From Candidatus Moraniibacteriota bacterium (GTDB lineage Bacteria > Patescibacteriota > Minisyncoccia > Moranbacterales > UBA2206), in NCBI GenBank assembly GCA_026396175.1, contig JAPLXG010000013.1, forward strand, positions 1,267 through 65,266: a stretch of 64,000 nt of DNA, given 5' to 3'. Positions 58,141 through 64,000 of this stretch are shown here, piece by piece; position 1 is the stretch's first letter, and each line of letters begins with the position of its first letter. The position numbers were made by a program, and so were the translations under genes. The notes below the pieces were generated by a model. It was not told where the DNA came from and searched no databases. It saw only the letters and a list, made by a program, of their open reading frames with translations.

Positions 58141-59631
58141 CTATTTCCTCACCGACGGAAAAATCACCGTCTCGCGGATAGATTTGTTCATCAAAAATGA
58201 AAACAGCCGTTCACTCATCCCAAAACCAAAGGCTGGTGGCATGCCATATTCCAGCGCTTCCACAAAATCTTCATCCATCATCTGCGCTTCCTTGTCCCCG
58301 TCTTCGCGCGCGGCCATTTGCTCCAAGAAGCGATTTTTTTGATCAATCGGATCATTGAGCTCAGAAAAAGCATTGCACAGTTCACTGCCTCCCGCCACGA
58401 TTTGAAAACGTAAAGTCTTTTGGGGATTTTTTGGGTCAATTTTTGCCAGCGGAGAAACTTCCAATGGATGCCCAACTAAAAAGCAAGGTTGAATTAGTTT
58501 CTGACGAATGGTTTTTTTATAGAGCAAATCAATCATCCGACCCTTGGAATAACCCGGCTCGTATTTTATTTTTAACTCGTCTGCCTTCGCTCGAAGCGCT
58601 TCGGCAGATAAATCTGCATTAAGATCTAAGCCTGTCTCTTTTTTGAACTCGGTAAAATAATCCACGACTGGAAATTTTTTACTCCAATCAATTTTATTTC
58701 CTTCATATTCAGTGATAAGCTCCACGGGCTCTAAGAGCCTGGACTCCAGGCTCTTAGAGCCCGACAAATTTTTAACGATTTCTTTAAACATCTTTTCGCA
58801 AAATTCCATGCCTTTTTGAAAATCCCAATAAGCGCTGTAGAATTCCATATGATCAAATTCCTGCAAATGATCGCGATCCATCCCTTCATTGCGGAAAACC
58901 CGTCCAATCTCAAAAACCCTCTCATAGCCTCCCACAAGCAATCTTTTCAGGGGTAGCTCTAGGGAGATTCGCAGATAGAAATCTTGATCTAGCGCATTGT
59001 AGTGCGTCACAAAAGGCTCCGCGTCCGCTCCACCTGGCGTGTGCTCCAAAACCGGAGTTTGCACTTCCAAAAAATTTTCTGCCACCAGGAATTGACGAAC
59101 AGTTTGCCAAAAAATATTTTTCTTGACGAATAGCTCACGCGTCTGGGCGTTCATCATCAAATCTAAATAGCGTTTACGCAAAAGTGCTTCTTCGTCTTTC
59201 AATCCAAAATATTCCGTCGGAATCGGACGGATATTTTTGGCCAGCACCTTCCAATCATGCACTTCCAAAGTTTTTTCATCTTGCCGGGTTTTAAAAAGTT
59301 TTCCCGACACTTGAACAAAATCCCCAATTTCGATATTTTTGGCAAACAGTTTATATTTTGCCTCGTCCATATTGCGTTTATTCAAAAAGATCTGAATCTT
59401 GCCTGTGCCGTCTTCGATGTGAGCGAATGTCGATCCGCCCATCGGCCGATTGGATTTCACCCGACCAAGCAATGTTATGTCGCTTTGACCTTCGGTAGAT
59501 AACTCCCCAAAGCGCTCCAGTGCCTCAAAATTAGCCATCGACCGCTCGCATTTTTCTGGATAAGCCTCCATCCCAAACTCCTGGATATTTTTTAGTTTTT
59601 CCAGTTTTATTTCTAAAATGTCTTCACGCAT
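58141..59631 (-). CDS. lysS: Lysyl-tRNA synthetase, class II
   Basis: 496 aa. OB-fold N-domain. FLEVQTPVL, RISLELPLKRLLVGG, FEIGRVFRNEG. Confidence 0.9.
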   Translation of the reverse strand: MREDILEIKLEKLKNIQEFGMEAYPEKCERSMANFEALERFGELSTEGQSDITLLGRVKSNRPMGGSTFAHIEDGTGKIQIFLNKRNMDEAKYKLFAKNIEIGDFVQVSGKLFKTRQDEKTLEVHDWKVLAKNIRPIPTEYFGLKDEEALLRKRYLDLMMNAQTRELFVKKNIFWQTVRQFLVAENFLEVQTPVLEHTPGGADAEPFVTHYNALDQDFYLRISLELPLKRLLVGGYERVFEIGRVFRNEGMDRDHLQEFDHMEFYSAYWDFQKGMEFCEKMFKEIVKNLSGSKSLESRLLEPVELITEYEGNKIDWSKKFPVVDYFTEFKKETGLDLNADLSAEALRAKADELKIKYEPGYSKGRMIDLLYKKTIRQKLIQPCFLVGHPLEVSPLAKIDPKNPQKTLRFQIVAGGSELCNAFSELNDPIDQKNRFLEQMAAREDGDKEAQMMDEDFVEALEYGMPPAFGFGMSERLFSFLMNKSIRETVIFPSVRK

Positions 59632-59658
59632 ATATTTTTTATTTCTAAATAAATTACT

Positions 59659-60039
59659 CTATTTTCCCCCCATCCGCCTCCCCATCTTCTTTTCATATAT
59701 TTTCTGAAAAATTTTATCACCCTCGCAAAACATTAGATTTGGTCCAATAATAAGCAGGAAGGCTTTAAAATTAACTTCTTCCGCCTCTTTTCCAGGATTA
59801 TACACAAGGCACTTCCCCTTATCATAGCGTAAATGAATCGATGCTCTCTCTCCAGAACTACCTGGAATAGTATCACCATCGACATCACATTCCCACACAA
59901 GATCTTCCGCCTTTTCTTGTCCCGCTAGCGGAAGTGCTTCTTGCTTTAACCTATTACCTGGCTGACGCATAGTTTCTGCTTGCCCCAAAAAAGCTTCTTT
60001 GTCCATTTTGTTTATTTTAAAAATAATAGCTATACCCAA
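59659..60039 (-). CDS. Hypothetical protein
   Basis: 126 aa (or from MDKEAFL at 60006). Confidence 0.35.
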   Translation of the reverse strand: MGIAIIFKINKMDKEAFLGQAETMRQPGNRLKQEALPLAGQEKAEDLVWECDVDGDTIPGSSGERASIHLRYDKGKCLVYNPGKEAEEVNFKAFLLIIGPNLMFCEGDKIFQKIYEKKMGRRMGGK

Positions 60040-60165
60040 TAATCATATCTTAACTTTACCGCATTTGGCCAAAATTGGCAATTTTAGAAGAAAATTAAAA
60101 AGCCGAGCAAAACGCTTCGGCTTTTTTAAAAAACTAATCAACTAATAACCCAATTAACTAATAAA

Positions 60166-60627
60166 CTATTTCACATCCAAAATCACATATTTCACCACCC
60201 CACCCGGAGTTGTCACGTCAACTTTGTCGCCTTTCTTTTTTCCCATAAACGCTTTGCCCATCGGTGATTCATTGGAAATTTTGAGATCAGCGGGACTGGC
60301 TTCATTGGATCCGACGATTTGAAATTCCATTTCCGATCCGTTGAATTTCACACTGACACGTGATCCCAATTGCGCCACGCCCAAATTCTTATCATAGGTC
60401 GCCACTTTTGATTCCTTGAGCATAAATTCCAGCTCGGCAATCTTAGCTTCATTTTCTCCTTGCTGGGCCTTGGCGGCGCTATATTCGGCGTTCTCGCTCA
60501 AATCGCCTTGTTCCTTGGCTTCTTTGATTGCGTTCGCTATTCCCTGGCGCGTCGTCGTTTTTCTCTGCTCCAATTCGTCTTTGATTTTTTTCAGTCCTTC
60601 CTCGGTAATAAATTTGGTCATAATCAT
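60166..60627 (-). CDS. greA: Transcription elongation factor GreA
   Basis: 153 aa. N-terminal coiled coil. DLSENAEY acidic tip. FKBP-like C-domain. Confidence 0.9.
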   Translation of the reverse strand: MIMTKFITEEGLKKIKDELEQRKTTTRQGIANAIKEAKEQGDLSENAEYSAAKAQQGENEAKIAELEFMLKESKVATYDKNLGVAQLGSRVSVKFNGSEMEFQIVGSNEASPADLKISNESPMGKAFMGKKKGDKVDVTTPGGVVKYVILDVK

Positions 60628-60711
60628 TTTTTAGTTTTTATAAAAAATCGCCGCTCTTTTAGACGACATTGGAAATTGTAGCAGAAATAAATTATGTGTC
60701 AAGGTTTTTCG

Positions 60712-60870
60712 CTCCGCTGTTATTCGCTTTGCGAACCCGTGCTACGAAAACGGGACATACGAATATGATGCGTTATTCGCTTCGCCATTATTCACCTTGC
60801 GAACCACCGCTACCTGCCCGCGATGCTGCGCGAAGCGTTGCAGGCGGGCGAACGGGGGACATACGAATAA
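60712..60870. repeat. Two tandem copies of the GTTATTCGCTTYGCGAACC...GACATACGAAT element
   Basis: gttattcgctttgcgaacccgtgctacgaaaacgggacatacgaat, then a longer variant with an internal GC hairpin. A third copy lies at 62768-62815. Confidence 0.65.
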
Positions 60871-60880
60871 AACTACGCAA

Positions 60881-62767
60881 CTATTTTCTATCCTGGGAAA
60901 AATACCAATCATAGACCTCTTTTGTCACCGGCACAGCACTAGAATTTCCCTCGCCACCACCTTCCACCAAAACGACCATCGCAATTTTTGGGTTATCGTA
61001 TGGTGCAAAGGAAATAAACCAAGCGTGCGTTTTATTTTCTGTGCCAAACTGCGCCGTACCAGTTTTTCCCGCCACTGCTACCGGCAAAGTTTTGAGTACT
61101 TGCGCCGTACCGGCAGTGATTGTTTGGCGCATCCCTTCGCGCACAATTTGCATAATATCCGGAGCAATGAAATTTTTCCGGATTATTTCCGGCTGGACAT
61201 AACTGTCTGTGCCATCGCTTTTACGAATCCGGTTGACTAATTTAGGAGAATAAAGCGTCCCACCATTGGCAATCGCTGCGGTATAATTTGCCAACTGGAG
61301 TGGTGTCGCGAGCACAAATCCTTGTCCAATCGCACAGTGGTAACTGTCACCGATATACCATTTTTCACCAAGCTTATCCAGTTTCCATTGCTCGCTTGGA
61401 ATAAAACCCTTGGATTCATTCGGCAAATCAATTCCCGCTGCCGCGCCAAAGCCGAATAAATTTTCATATTTTTTCATGCGATCCATTCCGAGGCCTGTGA
61501 TATTTCCATAACCACCACCGACGGTGTAGAAAAACACGTCATTACTTTGCGCAATCGCCGTACGCACATCACTGGGATCATGCGCTTTCCAGTCGCCAAA
61601 GTGAAAACCGCCAATATTGATGCTTCCGCCTTGACCATTGATGATTGTCGTCGGAGTGATTGTGCCTTCCGAAAGCGCGGCAGCGGCTACGGCCGGTTTA
61701 ATCGTCGAACCGGGAGGATATTCTCCGCTCGTGGCACGATTAAACAGCGGCAAATTTTTATCACTGATTAAATTTTTATACTCATCACTGCTGATTCCCC
61801 TGGCAAAAGAATTGTTATCATAACTCGGCAAGCTGACCATCGCCAAAATGCCACCCGTACTTGGATCAATCGCCACCGCGGCGGCTGTTTTTGTTTCACC
61901 TTTCTCAAGCATCGTTGATAAACTGTCATAGATTTTTTTTTGCAATTCCTGATCAATATTCAAAACCAAATCATTTCCCGCTTGCGGACTAATCACGCCC
62001 AAGTTCTTCGTGATTGCCCCACGAGAATCGACTTCCACCTGCTGCGCGCCATAGACTCCCTTCAAATCCTGCTCATAACTTTTTTCCAAACCGGTTTTGC
62101 CGATATAGTCCGTCATAGAATAACCGCTATTCTTATCCATCTCTTCTTTGGTGATTTTCCCATCATAACCGATAAAGTTAGAAAAGATAGAGCTATTTTC
62201 ATAACTCCGAATGGCCGTTTTATCGAGAGCGATTCCCGGTAACTCATTGATTTTCTCCGCCAGAATCAGCGATTGATCTTGAGTGATATTTTCTTTGAGC
62301 AAGATCGGATCAGTCGATTTTTCATTTTGACTGAGCAGCGCGATTTCCACATTGCCCGAATTCAAGTTAAGAATATTCGCCACCTTTCCCGCTAAGACTT
62401 TTTTTTCTTCCCCACTTTTGGGCAAATAACTGGGAAGCACCACCACATCGATGCTGGGAGAATTGCGCGCTAGCACATTGCCGAATTTATCCAAAATATT
62501 TCCCCGCGGAGCTTTGATCACAATCTTTCGGATGCGATTTTCCGCCGAAACAACTGCGTAATAATTACCGCTAATAATATCCAGATAGAAAACTCGGATG
62601 AAAAGAAATAAAAGCACCGCAAAGGTCAAATACCACACGACAGAAAGACCGCTTCTTTTGAAGGGTTTTTCAATGATGGCTTTTTCTTTCTGCTCAACAT
62701 TCATAATCGCGTCCTCAATCTCCACGCCGCGTGCCATTCTTCTTTTTTTGAAATATCTCTTAAGCAT
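60881..62767 (-). CDS. mrdA: Penicillin-binding protein 2 (elongasome transpeptidase)
   Basis: 628 aa. N-terminal TM. Dimerisation domain. Transpeptidase motifs STIKP (SxxK) and AGKTGTAQ (KTG). Confidence 0.85.
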   Translation of the reverse strand: MLKRYFKKRRMARGVEIEDAIMNVEQKEKAIIEKPFKRSGLSVVWYLTFAVLLFLFIRVFYLDIISGNYYAVVSAENRIRKIVIKAPRGNILDKFGNVLARNSPSIDVVVLPSYLPKSGEEKKVLAGKVANILNLNSGNVEIALLSQNEKSTDPILLKENITQDQSLILAEKINELPGIALDKTAIRSYENSSIFSNFIGYDGKITKEEMDKNSGYSMTDYIGKTGLEKSYEQDLKGVYGAQQVEVDSRGAITKNLGVISPQAGNDLVLNIDQELQKKIYDSLSTMLEKGETKTAAAVAIDPSTGGILAMVSLPSYDNNSFARGISSDEYKNLISDKNLPLFNRATSGEYPPGSTIKPAVAAAALSEGTITPTTIINGQGGSINIGGFHFGDWKAHDPSDVRTAIAQSNDVFFYTVGGGYGNITGLGMDRMKKYENLFGFGAAAGIDLPNESKGFIPSEQWKLDKLGEKWYIGDSYHCAIGQGFVLATPLQLANYTAAIANGGTLYSPKLVNRIRKSDGTDSYVQPEIIRKNFIAPDIMQIVREGMRQTITAGTAQVLKTLPVAVAGKTGTAQFGTENKTHAWFISFAPYDNPKIAMVVLVEGGGEGNSSAVPVTKEVYDWYFSQDRK

Positions 62768-62815
62768 GTTGTTATTCGCTTCGCGAACCCCGCCGTGGCG
62801 GGAACATACGAATGT
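62768..62815. repeat. Third copy of the GTTATTCGCTTCGCGAACC...ACATACGAAT element, between mreD and mrdA
   Basis: gttgttattcgcttcgcgaaccccgccgtggcgggaacatacgaatg. Confidence 0.65.
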
Positions 62816-62817
62816 TA

Positions 62818-63414
62818 TTAGTATATTTTTTTACGCACTTGCAACAAATTAGAACGTTCCATCTTTTTCATTGTAAAATAAACCAACGGAAAAAACAGTA
62901 GGTTGAGCGCGATTTCTTTTACTAGCATCATGCTGAAAAAAGGCACCTGCGCACTACTCGCGACCGCTTTGCCAAAATAATTCGCTACTGAAAATAGAGC
63001 ATTCAAAAATAAATTATTCGCCAAGGTGGAAAAAATAATTGTCAAGCTTAGGATAAATATTCGCCAATTGCGCGCAATAACTAAAAATCTTTTGGAAATA
63101 AAACTGATGAAAAAAGCCACCGTAACAAAAGCGGCCACATTTGTCCCCACTAACTGAAAAGTCCCTAAATCAAGCATAAAACCGGCTAAAATATTTTTGA
63201 AAAACGCCCCTTCAAAACCCACTTGCGTCGTCCAAAAAATAACCAAAAGCAAGAGGATATTCGGCCCCAAGCCCCAAAAAAAGAAATTAGGAAAAACCGA
63301 ATATTGAAAAATAGCGAAGAAAAAAATGATGAAAAAAATTATTATTTTTTGTAACATAATTCGAAAAAAATCAGGACTTACGCCTACCCCAAAAACAAGC
63401 TTATCTATAGCCAA
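62818..63414 (-). CDS. mreD: Rod shape-determining protein MreD (probable)
   Basis: Polytopic membrane protein about 160-198 aa, between mreC and mrdA. Synteny-based call. The start may be the Met at 63355. Confidence 0.5.
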   Translation of the reverse strand: MAIDKLVFGVGVSPDFFRIMLQKIIIFFIIFFFAIFQYSVFPNFFFWGLGPNILLLLVIFWTTQVGFEGAFFKNILAGFMLDLGTFQLVGTNVAAFVTVAFFISFISKRFLVIARNWRIFILSLTIIFSTLANNLFLNALFSVANYFGKAVASSAQVPFFSMMLVKEIALNLLFFPLVYFTMKKMERSNLLQVRKKIY

Positions 63415-63524
63415 GGCTAGTCTGGAAAAAGTTTATTAATTTTAGATAATACTATAAACAATAACAAACCCTAGCAAGCTCTGCGCTTTGAAAATTGTTT
63501 TTGGGGTAGGAATAAGTCTTAAAA

Positions 63525-64000
63525 TTATTTTATCACAAAAACCGTGTCCAAATTAGAATACTTCACTCGTGAAACGACCACCGCTTTTTGAAAAAGTCGA
63601 TCATCGGAAACTTTCACTTCCTTCACTTTTCCCACCAAAAGTCCCCGCGGAATATTACTGCCCAATCCGGAAGTAATAATTGTATCCCCGACGTTGAGCA
63701 CATCCGCTTGTGTTACCATATCCATAACGAGTCCCAAGCCATATTCGCCACGAATAATCCCCTTTGCTCCCGTTTCCACATCTGTCACGTTTATAGCGCT
63801 ACTGGGATTAGTCAGCAAGCTGATCTTGGAACTAGTGGCGTAAACCTCATCCACTTTTCCCACCAAAATTCCATTATCAACAATCACTGCCATTCCGGCT
63901 GAAATGCCGTCTTTTTCTCCCTTATCAAAAACAACCCACCCTTCCGATCCTGCCGGATCTTGACCGATCACAAAACCGCCAGCAAGAGAAAATTTGTTCT
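63525..64000 (-). CDS. mreC: Rod shape-determining protein MreC, C-terminal part (gene continues past the right window edge)
   Basis: The C-terminal beta-domain has the PRGLLVGKV-type motif. The reading frame is open to the window end. Confidence 0.6.
   Translation of the reverse strand, partial: NKFSLAGGFVIGQDPAGSEGWVVFDKGEKDGISAGMAVIVDNGILVGKVDEVYATSSKISLLTNPSSAINVTDVETGAKGIIRGEYGLGLVMDMVTQADVLNVGDTIITSGLGSNIPRGLLVGKVKEVKVSDDRLFQKAVVVSRVKYSNLDTVFVIK

Overview
AT-rich (about 35-40% GC by eye), gene-dense bacterial chromosomal segment with essentially all genes on the minus strand. The only plus-strand genes are a TPR-bearing GT-C glycosyltransferase and a TauE/SafE permease. Several traits suggest a Candidate Phyla Radiation / Patescibacteria-type organism; this lineage call is an inference, not a classification. 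The traits are a 16S rRNA gene about 1.93 kb long with three insertions and no linked 23S, a split ComEC, and many short hypothetical proteins.

Gene content in order:
- 0-8.4 kb: glycan-biosynthesis cluster (partial GT, GT2, GalE, B12-binding radical SAM, GT2, UDP-xylose synthase, GT-C with TPR).
- 8.5-10.2 kb: rnc, nusB, rpmF.
- 10.4-14.2 kb: cyclophilin lipoprotein and split ComEC.
- 14.5-14.9 kb: promoter-to-terminator candidate ncRNA (possible rnpB).
- 15.3-18 kb: ApbE / ferric-reductase-domain extracytoplasmic flavinylation module.
- 18.4-20.8 kb: ArnT-like GT-C and YdjC deacetylase.
- 21-25.2 kb: nrdG, a small nrdD C-terminal paralog, nrdD, nrdR.
- 26-29.2 kb: a 1058-aa secreted lipase-like protein.
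- 29.8-39.3 kb: accessory/defence island (DinD, Panacea-antitoxin/RelE-like toxin pair, Mrr-like nuclease, DpnI-family nuclease, two AAA+ ATPases with shared 3' repeats, HD protein).
- 42.4-42.6 kb: two tRNA-like genes with expanded anticodon loops.
- 43-47.7 kb: Fic, MBL, NUDIX and HD genes.
- 48.2-50.1 kb: 16S rRNA.
- 50.8-52.7 kb: coiled-coil repeat protein and GH1 glucosidase.
- 52.7-54.6 kb: a second NUDIX-HD-MBL block.
- 54.7-64 kb: serS, lysS, greA, mrdA, mreD, mreC (partial).

At least four interspersed repeat families are present:
- a 170-270 bp GC-rich multi-hairpin element (4 copies plus solo hairpins);
- an (AATTTCT)n/(AGAAATT)n palindromic element found both between rnc and nusB and inside the 16S gene;
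- an ATCCTGAGC...GTCGAAGGATCT MITE-like unit;
- a GTTATTCGCTTYGCGAACC...ACATACGAAT element flanking mrdA.

No CRISPR array, integrase or transposase was recognised.
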